From contig OX597839.1 of the NCBI GenBank assembly GCA_951406725.2, forward strand, positions 12,710,001-12,774,000: a stretch of DNA of 64,000 nt. The letters run 5' to 3'. Source of the stretch: Octopus vulgaris (Eukaryota). A program made the translations under genes and the position numbers. Shown in pieces: positions 13,377 through 25,298 of this stretch. The notes beneath the pieces were generated by a model. The model did not search any database and was not told where the DNA came from. It saw only the letters and a program-made list of their open reading frames with translations. How positions within the stretch are numbered: the stretch's first letter is position 1; each line of letters opens with the position of its first letter.

Positions 13377-14441
13377 TACGTATTTCGCCCGGCGTGCTAA
13401 CGATTCTGCCAGCTCACCACCTTTCATAAGCACTACACAATCATAAGTACTACCTATTTCTTTATTACCCACAAGGGGCTAAACATAGAAGGGACAAACA
13501 AGGACAGACATAGGTATTTAGTGTCAGTTACATCAACCCCAGTGCGTAACTGGTACTTAATTTATCGACCCCGAAAGGATGAAAGGCAAAGTCTACCTTG
13601 GCGGAATTTGAACTCGGAACGTAACGGCAGACGAAATACGGATACGCATTTCGCCCGGCGTGCTAACAATTCTGCCAGCTCGCCGCCTTTCATAAGTATT
13701 ACCATTACACTAAAACCATCGTTACCGCTAACACAATCATCTGTTGTCAGTTAACGCTACGCTATCATCACATGGCTCGTTTTCATTCATTTCCAAGCAA
13801 CCCCCAATCACAAGTCTATGCAAGTATCACTACCGCACATATTACACCCATGCACATGCACACACACACACATCAATGCACATGCTGTCTGACGCATTGC
13901 AAATTTACTTACACTCACATTCTCAGATCATGTCCCACTTTCCCTATACTACATATCTCCTTACTACTATTACGACATTATGCACTAGCTGAAGCATTTC
14001 ATGTTCAGCTACACTCATAATTCGCACTCTACACTCCACATTTATTCATTGCTACACTCAGAAAAAAAAGTCACACTACACATTTTCTTACTGCTACACT
14101 CGTGATTCACACTCTACACTTCTTCATCGCCACACTCAGAAATCACACTACATATTTCCTCACCGCTACACTTTTAACTCCTACTCTACACTACTACACT
14201 CATGACTCACATTCTACATTTCCTCAGTGCCACACTCACAAATTATGCTCTGCACCAATGCTTTTCAAACTATCAGATGTAGTGTACCGGCAGTTTTTTT
14301 TTTTTCAATGTGCCAGGGACTGGTAATATTTCTTAGAAATATTAATTTATACCGGAAACAATATATGTAATGAATATAATAAAATTTGACAATTTCTTTT
14401 TATCTTATATTTATTTTGTAAACAAATAATACAATATTTTG

Positions 14442-14852
14442 GGATCTTTTCGGTTTGAACAGCAGTTTTTTCTAGCGGTGTCATATGAAATTGTCACCCA
14501 TTATTATGACCCTAGAATCGATCTATTGCATTTCAATCTCTTTTAGGGTTAGGGGTGAGGGAAGGGTATCTTATTTTCCTCACAAATGTAAATAAACCCA
14601 ATCTGTTTCTTCAACGAGGGACATATTTATATGGCACAGAATGCTTTTTAACTCAATAGATGTCATTGATTGGTTGAAATTGCAGAAATTGAAGAAAAAA
14701 AACTACAAATATCTCACAAACTATAGAATTTTCTTAATAAAGCCAAGAGAAAAAGATGTTTTATAAACACATTCTACCAGTATACGAAGTTTAAAATTTT
14801 TTTAGTTACTTAGAAATTGTGTTAAAAACTGCCGTTCAAACCGAAAAGATCC
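14442..14852. mobile_element. MITE with ~28-bp TIRs (GGATCTTTTCGGTTTGAAC...) and 8-bp TSD ATATTTTG
   Basis: TIRs and TSD read directly. It is nested in an older hAT-like element (~14256-14978). Confidence 0.9.
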
Positions 14853-15235
14853 ATATTTTGTAAGCTTTTTATAAGCATTGTATAATCTTTCTTTCTTTTA
14901 TGGAAACTCGCTGCACACCAGCAGCTGAAGGCTCACGGACTGGCACCGGTCCACGGAACACCACTTTGAGTAGCACATTTCACTACTGCTACACTCACAA
15001 ATCACACACACACACACACACACATGCTCAGCTGCACTCACAACATGCTCCACTCCACAGTAACTGAAACATCTCACGCTCAGCTTCACTCACTACTTGC
15101 ATGCTACAGACGTTCTCATGATTATACTACAGTCAGCCATAAAAAAAAAATAAACTGGCACTCCTTTGGTTATGATGATATGGGTTCCAGTTGATCCAAT
15201 CAACAGAGCAGTCTGCTCATGAAATTAACGTGCAA

Positions 15236-15742
15236 GTTAAGTTAAGTTAAGTTAATTTTTTGGCTCAAAAAGCAAGGCCATGTAGGGGGACATGGAGTTA
15301 TGTACAGGGTGGTGTTCATGCAAAGAGTTCAGGCCATTTCTGGTCAAGAGAGACTTTGAACCGAGCGGTCGTCGGCATCTTCACTATCTCGTCCGGCAGC
15401 TTATTCCACGGATCTGCAACCTGGATGGAGAAAGCCCCTCTCCTTCGATTGAGATGAAATCGTCACAGATAGAGCTTTTCGGAGTGACCTCGCAGCCGAT
15501 GCTCTGGAGCAGGAGTGAAGAACGGCTCTTTTGAGAGGTTACACTTTCCGCTTATGATGTTGTGAGCAAGAATGAGATCACCACGGCGGCAGCGTTTTTC
15601 TAGAGAATAAAGGTCGAGCGTCTTCAGCCTTTCTTCATGAGACAAATGCTTGAGACCAAGAACCATACGGGTAGCCAGCTTCTGGACACTTTCGAGATGA
15701 TGTATGTCTTTGAGGAGATAAGGAGAAGAGGCTTGAATCCCG
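15236..15742 (-). mobile_element. 5'-truncated CR1-clade LINE fragment inserted in a SINE
   Basis: LESVQKLATRMV...LYSLEKR.RRGDLI...RGHSEKL...PWNKLP motifs; (TTAAC)n tail. Confidence 0.85.
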
Positions 15743-16496
15743 TTGAGCACTTCACAGACATGCATACCATTAATGTATTTCTCAGTGAGATTCAGCATGA
15801 TTCAGAATGTGATAAGCCTGGTTCTTTGGAATACAGGCAAAACTCATTTTTGGCAGCTGAGTGGACTGGAACAACATGAAATAAAGTGTCTTGCTCAAGG
15901 ACACAACACGCCACCAGGACCTGAACCCACGACCTTACAATTATGAACTGAATACCCTAACCACTTAGCCATGTGCCTTCAACAATCCACCATAAAACAA
16001 TCCCTCACCATCACATTATGCAGACTGTAGGTTAAAATCCATCTGTATGTATTAATAATTCAAAGACCCCCATTGATTCAACTTAAAGTTTATATAATGG
16101 GTATGAGCCTGCGGAATACACATATACATACACCCATATATCAAGATGCACACACAGGTATACACATACATGCATGAAGACACATCCATACAGAAAGACA
16201 CAGACATACACGGACACATGCACACACACACACATGCATACACAGACACATCATGCATACACAGACGCATCATGCATACACAGACACATATGCATACACA
16301 GACACATTCATGCATACACAAAGACACAAACACTCATATACAAAGCCATACACATATATACACCAATTCACCCACCCACACACTCACATAAAGAAACACG
16401 CACACACACAAAGATATACACATATGCACATGAACATACACACATGCCCTAGTCAAACACATATATATATAAAGACAAGTCAGAAAATGCACCTAC

Positions 16497-16649
16497 CTTT
16501 CCAGTCTTCATATTTCTTATGTACAAGCCTTCATTTTCATCTAATGCAATGGATTCATTTGTTCTGATAATTTCAACTTCAACTGGTGGGACATAATCTA
16601 TTGGACCACTAATCATCCATCGATCACCTGGTTTACGGTTAATAGCATT
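16497..16649 (-). CDS. MVP: MVP coding exon 8 ([26 protein letters not shown]...[16 protein letters not shown])
   Basis: Translated by hand. 153 nt, ctag/gtaggt; GDxWxIxGPxxYVP and LDENEG motifs. Confidence 0.95.
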
Positions 16650-17531
16650 CTAGAAAAAAAGAAAAAAAGGAATGAAAATCCCACACATTGTACTTTCATA
16701 ATAGTTACTTCATGTTAAGGCAAAGGGTGAATGACAAAGTAACTGGTCAACTGGAGACCCAGTTTTACTGAAAAGGTAAAATAGAGATTTTAACCACTAA
16801 TAAACAATTAGATTTCCTTTATTATTTATTACCTGAGGAATGATTTCCTTAACATTCTAGTTGACCTTCAAATTGAAAGTATGAAAAAAGACACTTCTCT
16901 TCTTGCACCCAGCAATTCTGAATACCGTAAATCCTCGAGTATAGTCTGCCCTTGAGTATAATATGCAGGGGATTCTTAGGGGGCTGTACTTCTGAAAAAC
17001 CTAAACCTTGTGTGTAATACGCACCCTTTCTCTAACTTGAGTCAAGGAGGTCTATATAACATCCTTGGTTTGTAAAAATGTATACACTAACGTCCTTTAT
17101 TATTATTGTATATATAACATAATGCAAACGTGTAGCTTTTTTGTACATTTTGTTTGCAGAAAATAAAGAAATAACATTTAATAAATGTTGCTTACTGCGA
17201 GTTATGGATGATTCTTTTTTGACTTCATTGCTTTCGGGCTTAGCTTAAGGTATCTTCGCGCCCGACATCACAAAATGCATCTGAATAAACATTGCCGGAC
17301 AGCAAATAGAGACTCGGACATTGCTTAGAAAATATTTTTCATTTTTAACCTCGTATATAGTATGCACTAGGGATATTGACCTTTAAATTTTGGGAAAAAC
17401 TGTTGACAGGAAGTGCATCCAGCCGTAGAAAATCCACAGCAGAATTCCATTTGACTCATGCGAACTGAAAAGCAGATGTTAAGCCTATGTTGAAGATGAA
17501 GTAAAGTCTTAAAGAAGCAATTAATACTTAC

Positions 17532-17654
17532 AAGTGTATCCTGGAAATTTTCGTTACAAGAACAAATAAGGGCCTGTCCCTCATGGAGGACATAATTGTC
17601 CTGAATGCCATCAGGAAGTAATTCTCCAGGTAATAAGAAAAACGATTTTGGTCC
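17532..17654 (-). CDS. MVP: MVP coding exon 7 (GPKSFFLLPGELLPDGIQDNYVLHEGQALICSCNENFQDTL)
   Basis: Translated by hand. 123 nt, tttcag/gtaagt; matches KSFFLQPGE..GIQDVYVL. Confidence 0.95.
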
Positions 17655-18000
17655 CTGAAAATAAACATAATGTAGTCCTTAGATGAATACACACAAATTT
17701 AGATAAGGATACAGTGCCACTTTAACATGCCGTTTACCTGGTCAATAATGCAGTCTGGCCCAAACCCTAATCCTAAACCTTAACCCAGATCAGGTCATTT
17801 CAGCGTAGACAATCGATACTGCAGTAGACTGCATGATGAATAGTACCAAAAATACTAGAAAGGGAATAAAAATTTTTGAGAATTAAAATAGGATATAGGT
17901 GTTGTTTGTGCTTTAAAGTCAGACGAGGGTATAAACCAACATCTATAGTATTTCTGTAAGGAGCAGTGAACCTGTATTTTGATCTATTTCCTCCTTTTAA

Positions 18001-18725
18001 CCCTTTTGATACGAACCCACCTGAAACTGCCTCTGGCTCTGTAGTACAGATGCCTTATTTTCAACGTTCTGAATTGAAACCTTCCACCAAACCTTAAATG
18101 CAATTTATGTCCCTAACACTAGCTTAAAACTAAACAAGTTATTTTGCTAAATTTTTTGTTATTTTTTAAATCAATTAAAAGAAACACAGAGGATCTCAAC
18201 AGAATTATGGTAACAAATGTCTTGTTTTCAAAAGTTCTGAATTAAAATCTGCCACCAAACTTTAGTCACAATTTATGTTCCTAACACAAGTTGAATGATA
18301 ACAAAGTTATTTCACTAAATTCTTTGTTATATTTAAAATTAATTGAAAGAAACACAGAGCATCTCAACAGAAATATGGTAACAAATGTCTTGTTTCCATA
18401 AGTTTTGAATTAAAATCTTCCACCAAACCTTAGTCACAATTTATGTTCCTGACACTAGCTGAATGATAACGAAGTTATTTCACTAAATTCTTTGTTATAT
18501 TTAAAATTAATTGAAAGAAACACAGAGCATCTCAACAGAAATATGGTAACAAATGTCTTGCTTTCATAAGTTTTGAATTCAAATCTTCCACCAAACCTTA
18601 GTTACAATTTATGTTCCTAACACTAGCTTAATGATAACTAAGTTATTTTACTAAATTTTTTGTTATATTTTAAACTAATTGAAATAAACACAGAGCATCT
18701 CAACAGAAATATGGTAGCAAAGAGG
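18001..18725. mobile_element. piggyBac-like MITE containing four 168-bp tandem units
   Basis: TTAA|CCCTTTT ... AAAGAGG|TTAA ends; CTCAACAGAA recurs at 18195, 18363, 18531 and 18699. Confidence 0.8.
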
Positions 18726-18906
18726 TTAAGGTCATTCAAGTATTGGTTTGGTTTCCATGTCTGGAATTTCTGCTCTAAATCATCATCATTGTTGTTGTCA
18801 TCATTGTAAAAGCACAAAGGGAGAACGATGTTTTCATATGAAACTGAAGTTTCTAGTCTCTGAACATCTTAACTTCTTTTTTTATGTTTAGTTGTTGCCA
18901 AATTAA

Positions 18907-19296
18907 CCCTTTTGATACCAACCCACCTGAAACACTACCTCTGGCTCTGTAGTACAAATGTCTTGTTTTGGAAAGTTCTGAATTAAAATCTTCTGTCAAA
19001 CCTTAGTCACAACTTATGTTCCTAACACTAGCTTAATGATAATCAAGTTATTTTACTAAATACTTTGTTATATTTAAAACTGATTGAAAGTAACACAGAG
19101 CATCTCAACAGAAATATGGTAACAAATGTCTTGTTTTCATAAGTTCTGAATTAAAATCTTCCACCAAACCTTAGTCACAATTTATGTTCCTAACACTAGC
19201 CTAATGATAACTAAGTTATTTTACTAAATACTTTGTTCTATTTAAAACTGATTGAAAGAAACACAGAGCACCTCAACAGAAATATGGTAAAAATGT
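18907..19296. mobile_element. Second copy of the piggyBac-like MITE, two 168-bp units
   Basis: TTAA|CCCTTTTGATACC start; unit marker at 19104 and 19272. Confidence 0.75.
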
Positions 19297-20005
19297 TAAA
19301 TGTGATGTCAATAAAATAATTCGTTTCCCTTTCTTTCCTCATCTTAGGATGTGATATTGACACAATCATGCATTCAGTATTTTCTTCAAATGTACTCAGG
19401 AACATATTCCTGAAGTTTGCCAGTGACTGAACTTGGAGCCTTTCTTGTACAAAACTAAGTTGGCAGTTTTGACCAATGGTTCATTGTTTCAGTGCAAAAT
19501 AATGTCATTTTAAAGTGGTTAAGCATTAGACTTAAGTTCCGAAGAATATCATATTGAATTTGGTAAAATAGAAAAGCACACAGCCCACTTTGTAAAGTGG
19601 TTGGCATTAGGAAGGGCATTCAGCCATAAAAACCTTGCTAAAACAGACCTTGCTTGTGCTGGTGCCACATGAAAAGTACCCAGTCCGCTCTGTAAAGTAG
19701 TTGGCATTAGGAAAGGCATCCAGTGATAAAAACCATGCCAAAAACAGACAGTGAAGCTTGGTGTAGTCCTCTGGCTTTCCAGCTTCTGTCAAACCCTCCA
19801 ACACATGCCAGCATGGATGAGTAATGTGAAATGATGATAATGATGAATAAAGATCCAGTTTCAATAGACTCTCCCATGTCATGTTGTAAATTATAAACTC
19901 TTCTATGTCTAGTTTAATCCATAAATTCTTGGATAGGCCAACTCTACATGGAAGACTAAGCATGTCAACAAATAAAGCAATGTAGAATTAAATATTTGAG
20001 CTCAC

Positions 20006-20116
20006 CTTTACTAATTTCTTTTCACCCAGTTGGGGCTTTCCATTCGAATCAACAGGATTGACGATAACACAATAGTTGGAGCTAGTCAATGTGATAATAT
20101 CTTCAATACCAGTAAC
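20006..20116 (-). CDS. MVP: MVP coding exon 6 (VTGIEDIITLTSSNYCVIVNPVDSNGKPQLGEKKLVK)
   Basis: Translated by hand. 111 nt, ttag/gtgagc boundaries; matches human [24 protein letters not shown]. Confidence 0.95.
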
Positions 20117-20609
20117 CTAAAAAACACAATATCACACTGTTATAGGCATTTGATATCAATTTATCATTTAACAACATTCCTAAAATATCTAACCCTCTCA
20201 CCATCTTCTTCTGAATGGATCCTATTAAATTTGTTATGAATATTCACAGGTCTATGCTTGATAAAGTCACAGTATCAACTAGACTATCGGATGTTATACA
20301 TTACTGGTTTACGTGTTTCCTCACTCTGTTGTAGCTTTCAAATGATATCACCCTGCTAGATAGCTGGGCAGGCCATTATTCTCTTGAGCAGCATGGTAAT
20401 GATTCTGCCTGCTCAGCAGTAATAAAAATAATAATGGTTTCAAATTTTGCCACAAGGGCAGCAGTTTTGGAGGAGGGGATGAATTGTTCAACTGGTACTT
20501 ATTTTATCGACCCTGAAAGGATGAAAGGCAAAGTTGACCTTGATGGAATTTGAACTCAGAACATACAGACATACGAAATACCATTATGCATTTCGTCCAG
20601 CTCACTGCA

Positions 20610-20640
<31 letters not shown>

Positions 20641-20813
20641 CGATGACGATGACGATGTTGATGATGATGATGATGATGATTATGATGATAGTGATGATTA
20701 TGACTTGCAGCAGTAGTAGTAGTAATAATAATAATAGTAGTAGTTTCTTACATGGGCATGATAATAGTATAATGGTGATGCTTTATATATTAGTACTGAA
20801 TACAAATACATAC

Positions 20814-20939
20814 CTCTTCGTAAACATCTGGGATATAGGATTTTGTGTCATTGATATTAATTAACCACTCTTCTCCGGCTTCCCGCAACTTATTAAAACG
20901 ATCCTCAAAATTCTGCAGGGCTTTCACTTTCAGAGCAGT
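20814..20939 (-). CDS. MVP: MVP coding exon 5 (TALKVKALQNFEDRFNKLREAGEEWLININDTKSYIPDVYEE)
   Basis: Not in the ORF track; translated by hand. 126 nt, ctag/gtatgt boundaries, GEEWL and PDVxEE motifs. Confidence 0.95.
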
Positions 20940-21110
20940 CTAGAAAATAAATAGGGAATTTCTTGTAAAGTGACAAAAGGAATTATGGAAATTTGCACGT
21001 TAGATAATGCTTCAGCATGGCCAGAGTCAGTTACTAATATCACTAAGAGAGTTATGGTTCATTTAAGAGTTAAACCTATAGCATTTAAACTGGCTATAAC
21101 AGGCCAAAAT

Positions 21111-21316
21111 TAAAATCGGTGGACCCGCGCAGTTGTCGAGTGGTACCCGCTCGAGCGGAAACGACCACCCGGAAGGCCTCCACGACAGTAGAGTTACGAT
21201 TTCAGGAGGACGATTGGGATCACGTGGATGAGAAAGGCGCGATCCAGAGAGGAGTGGACAGTATGCTGTGACCAGCAGTGTCAAATGGACGCCTGACAGA
21301 CTGGTCGGTCAAGGTG
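21111..21316 (+). mobile_element. 5'-truncated RTE-clade LINE 3' end with 15-bp TSD
   Basis: TSD ATAACAGGCCAAAAT at 21096-21110 and 21317-21331; translates NRWTRAVVEWYPLERKRPPGRPP...W...ARSREEW, typical of RTE C-termini. Confidence 0.85.
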
Positions 21317-21362
21317 ATAACAGGCCAAAATATTCTGTTTTATGTTCAAAGCAGCCAGATCT

Positions 21363-21521
21363 GGGGCATATTCAATCTCGTATGTTTTGTCATGGAGAAA
21401 ATTTCTTGCTTTAGACAAATGGTGACAACACAACAACTATTTACACCATTTGTCTAAAGCAAGAAATTTTCTCCATGACAAAACATAGTGAATGCTTTTC
21501 TTGTGAGATCAAATATGCCCC
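21363..21521. repeat. Small foldback with a perfect 44-bp stem
   Basis: 21381-21424 is the exact reverse complement of 21444-21487; outer GGGGCATAT/ATATGCCCC ends. Confidence 0.9.
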
Positions 21522-21972
21522 AAGCATATCTGAGCAGGTAAAGACTCCCTTTGGTCATGAATGACCATGGGATTGCACCTAGAAAGCTCCTATCCAAGGC
21601 ACAAATCTAGGTAAGGTTGTTTATGAAAGACCAGCAGTCACCCATGCATACTAGCCTCTCCTCTCCACACCACTGATGTTATCTAAGGGAAAGGTAAAGG
21701 CCGATACAGCTTGGCACCAGTGATGTCTCAACTCATTTCTAAGCAACTGAAGCAACATGAAATAAAATGTCTTGCTGAAGAACACACAACACAGACCCTG
21801 GTCCAGGAATTGAACTCACTACCTCATGATTGTGAGCCCGATGCTCTAACCACTGTGACATGTGCCTTCACTGAACTGGTAACAATCTTGTATTTATACA
21901 CATCACTGCTTAAAATTGCCACCCTGTAAAATAAAACAATGATGATTATGATGATGTTAATTGAAATCTTAC

Positions 21973-22199
21973 CGTTTCAGTGAGAATGTAAGCATCAATA
22001 GTTTTTACTACTTCCTCATAGGCCATTGGTAGGTAAGCACCAGTTGTTTTGACTAACCATTCCTCCCCTGTCACTCGCTTTATACCATTACAATCGACAC
22101 ACTCTCTACGAGCCCTTAAACGGAGGGCTTGGTTTGGACGGATCACCTTGGCATTTACTGTTGTTAAGACGGTGACCTCTTTTCTGGGTATGTAGGTAC
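21973..22199 (-). CDS. MVP: MVP coding exon 4 (GTYIPRKEV...NQALRLRAR...TGEEWLV...ILTET)
   Basis: Near-identical to MVP repeats; 227 nt, phases 1 to 0. Confidence 0.97.
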
Positions 22200-22976
22200 C
22201 TGTAAGACATTTTGGCAATGTTAGAAAATACTTGTTCATGTAATCAAGCATATCAAAAACAAACAAAAAAATTTAAAAGAAGAAACAATAATTTATGAAC
22301 TCCAGAAGGATGTGAAATAATTATTTTTTGAAATGGTTCCAGGTTTTCATAAACCTCCTGAAAAACAAGGAAACTTCAAAGACTGTTGGTTCTGCCTATG
22401 GCAGTAGTAGTAGTGGCAGGGGTGATGGTGGAAGTGATGAAATGTGGATGATGATGATGACAGTGACGGTAGAGGTGATAGTGGTGATGGAAGTGGAGGT
22501 GGTAATAATGGTGATAGAGATAGATAGATGTTTCCTTCTCGAGCCATGCCTGGCTCATAAGGGCCAGTTACCCAGTTTCTTGGCGTATAGGTTCCCCATC
22601 TGGATGGGACGCCAGTCCGTCGCAGGTGAGCTGCAAGATGCAGGAGGAAAAAGTGAGAGAAAGTTGTGACGAAAGAGTCCGCAGAAGTCTCGCCATTACC
22701 TTCTGCCAGAGCCACGTGGAGCTTAGGTGTTTCGCTTAGGTGTTGCCCGGTCTGAGATTCAAACCCGCGATCCTTTGACCGCGAGTATGCTGCTCTAACC
22801 ACTAGGCCATGTGCCTCCTGATAATGGTGGTGGTAGAGGTTGTGCTGATGCTAGTGGTGACTGTCATGGTGGTAGTGGTGGTGATTATAATGGTAATGGT
22901 AGTGGTGGTGATGAATGATAACAGAGGTATAGGTAAATAAACAAACGTTAACTAGCAGTTAAAACAGCAATAGTAC

Positions 22977-23100
22977 CTGGTCCCAGAAACATCCATTCAT
23001 CTCCTGCCAATCTTTTCGTATTGCTTGCATCAGTAAAATCAACGTTTGCTGACAACCTGAGACCAGAATCAGTCTTCACCACTTGAAGGGCTGTCACGCT
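22977..23100 (-). CDS. MVP: MVP coding exon 3 (SVTALQVV...AGDEWMFLGP)
   Basis: AGDEWxFxGPG motif; 124 nt, phases 0 to 1. Confidence 0.95.
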
Positions 23101-23539
23101 CTGATAGGAAGATAAAAAGAGAGATGTGGATATAATAGCAATTGTATGTCTGGTGGTAACTTGAAACTTTGAATAGCAACAGTGTGCTATTTCAGAATTC
23201 AATAAATATATCAATTCTACTACAAATTTAAGTCACAATAAATGGATTCAAGTAATCCAGTAGTATATATATATATATATATACATTCAAAATGTGATCG
23301 CGTGTGTACCGTTGGTGATTTTTTTTTCCTCCGTCTTCCCTTCACCTATGTTTCCGACAAAGAGCTCTGCTCGAAACGTTAAACCCTCCTTCTTTCCTGA
23401 GCGTCCAATAATACTATATTTGTTCCACGTCCTCGCATTGTTGTGTTTTTTTGTGCTTTCTTGTTTGGTGACCGCGTGTGTACCGTTGGCGATTTCTTTT
23501 CCCCCTGTCTTCCCTTCTCTGGATCTTTCCTTCTCCTAT

Positions 23540-23574
23540 GTTTCCGACGAAGAGCTCCGCTCGAAACGTTAAAC
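23540..23574 (+). ncRNA. Minimal hammerhead-like motif (U4C variant); tandem partner at 23350-23384
   Basis: GTTT-CCGACGA-A-GAGC(tcc)GCTC-GAAA-CGTT-AAAC. Confidence 0.55.
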
Positions 23575-24445
23575 CCTCCTTCTTTTCTGAGTATCCAATA
23601 ATACTATATTTGTTCCACATCCTCGCATTGTTGTGTTTTTTTGTGCTTTCTTGTTTGGATTAACTTTATATATATATATATATATATATATACGAGGATG
23701 TGGAATAAGTATAGTGTTATTGGACACTCAGGAAAGGAAAGAAAGGAGGAGGATTTCACGTTTTGAGTGGTACCTGTATTTCAAAGGGCCAGCCTTTTCA
23801 CACTATGTGTCATGCTGAATCTCCCTGAGAACTATGTTAAGGGTATGTGGAATGCTTACCCCCATGCACATTAATTTATCAAGCAAGCTGTTCCATTGAT
23901 TGGATCATCAGGAACCCTCCCTGTCATAACTGACAGAGTGCCAGTTATTTGCCATGGAAACGGAGTAAACAACCTTATGAGTCCTAGGAACTGAGTCATG
24001 ATGACCAAGGGACTTGCTTGTTACTATATATATGGAGTACTTTTGTAGATTTCCAAACACAAATGGTTGTGCGGTTAAGAAATTTGCTTTCCAGCTAGGT
24101 CTCAGGTTCAATTGCACTGCACAGCACCTTGGGCAAAATGTCTTCTACCCTGGGCCAACCAAAACCTCGTAAGACTAAAAGAAAACCATCATATGTGTGT
24201 ATCTGGGCTTATTCAAAGATTTTATCTCCTAAATTCCATGCACACTGTATTGGTCAACTTCAACTGATGGTAAAAAAGATATTGGTATGAGGTGGTAGGC
24301 CAGTGGGGTTGAACATGAAACCTTGTGGATGTGAAAACGAAATCCATACTTGCATATAATCAAAGGTGAAACAACCAGCATGCAATGTTATAATAGTAAG
24401 AAAATAGCATTTAAATTATTTAGTTAACTTATTGATGCTCTTTAC

Positions 24446-24641
24446 CTGCTTAATCTTCTCCCCAGGATAGAGAGGAAAAGGACTTTGTGTGAAGCGGATT
24501 TCTTCATCGCCATGAGCCAGCTCAGCTTGGCCATACTTGTCATAGCAAATGCTGCCATCAGTATCATATCTAACCGGGTTTGCAATGATGCAGAAATGCC
24601 TTGGAGGAATGGTCATCATATTAACGGGAGGCATGACAATT
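24446..24641 (-). CDS. MVP: MVP coding exon 2 (IVMPPVNMMTIPPRHFCIIANPV...PFPLYPGEKIKQ)
   Basis: MVP repeat motifs PPRHxCxxxNPV and PFPLYPGE; 196 nt, ag/gt boundaries, phases 2 to 0. Confidence 0.96.
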
Positions 24642-24850
24642 CTAAGAGAAAAATGGAAAATGGTAAAATTTGTCACAAGCAACAGAAGCAGAATTAGTTC
24701 AAAATGGCAATCTGTGTATAATACTTAAAGTATGTCCATCATTGAAAGCTTGCTAAACTGAGGTACTCATTTCAAAACAACAGCTCTTAGAGACAAATAG
24801 CATTAAAAAAAAACAGAAATATAGCAGTAACATAAATTTAAAGACAACAC

Positions 24851-25065
24851 GGGCATATGGCATAGTGGTTAAGAACACTAAGATTCCGAGTTCGATTCCA
24901 AGCAGGGACCTGAATAATAATAACATTGAAAAATACCTTAGGAATATCCCAGGTTCAAAATATCCCCAAGACACCTGATGAAAGCTGGATGGTATATCAG
25001 CTGAAATGTTGTGTTAACAACAAACAAGATGAGGACAAATATCTGTCAAATGTAAATAATGAACA
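24851..25065 (+). mobile_element. tRNA-headed SINE carrying a minimal type I hammerhead motif (related copy at 2300-2460, minus strand)
   Basis: A-box TGGCATAGTGG at 24858, B-box GAGTTCGATTCC at 24888, hammerhead at 24970-25015. Confidence 0.75.
24970..25015 (+). ncRNA. Minimal type I hammerhead ribozyme motif
   Basis: GACAC-CTGATGA-A-AGCTGG(atggtata)TCAGCT-GAAA-TGTT-GTGTT: stem I, canonical core, stem II, vestigial stem III. Confidence 0.65.
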
Positions 25066-25298
25066 CAAAAAATATACCAATGAGTGGAAAATGTTTGATG
25101 AAATGTGGAAGATTTGAATGTTTTCATGTTATGAACATTTTGGTAGCCGCTGGAGAGTTTTGGAAGTTTTCTCTGCTGAATAATGGGCAGCGAAGTGTGA
25201 TATTTCATATTGGAGGTGTAGACTGTGAGATGGATGTAATGCATGTTGGAGCTATGGACAGGCAGATGTGAAACAATGTGTGTTGGAGGTATGAACAG

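Noticed and set aside
20534-20864. Poly-Asp or poly-Met ORFs
   Set aside because: A (GAT)n microsatellite in an MVP intron.
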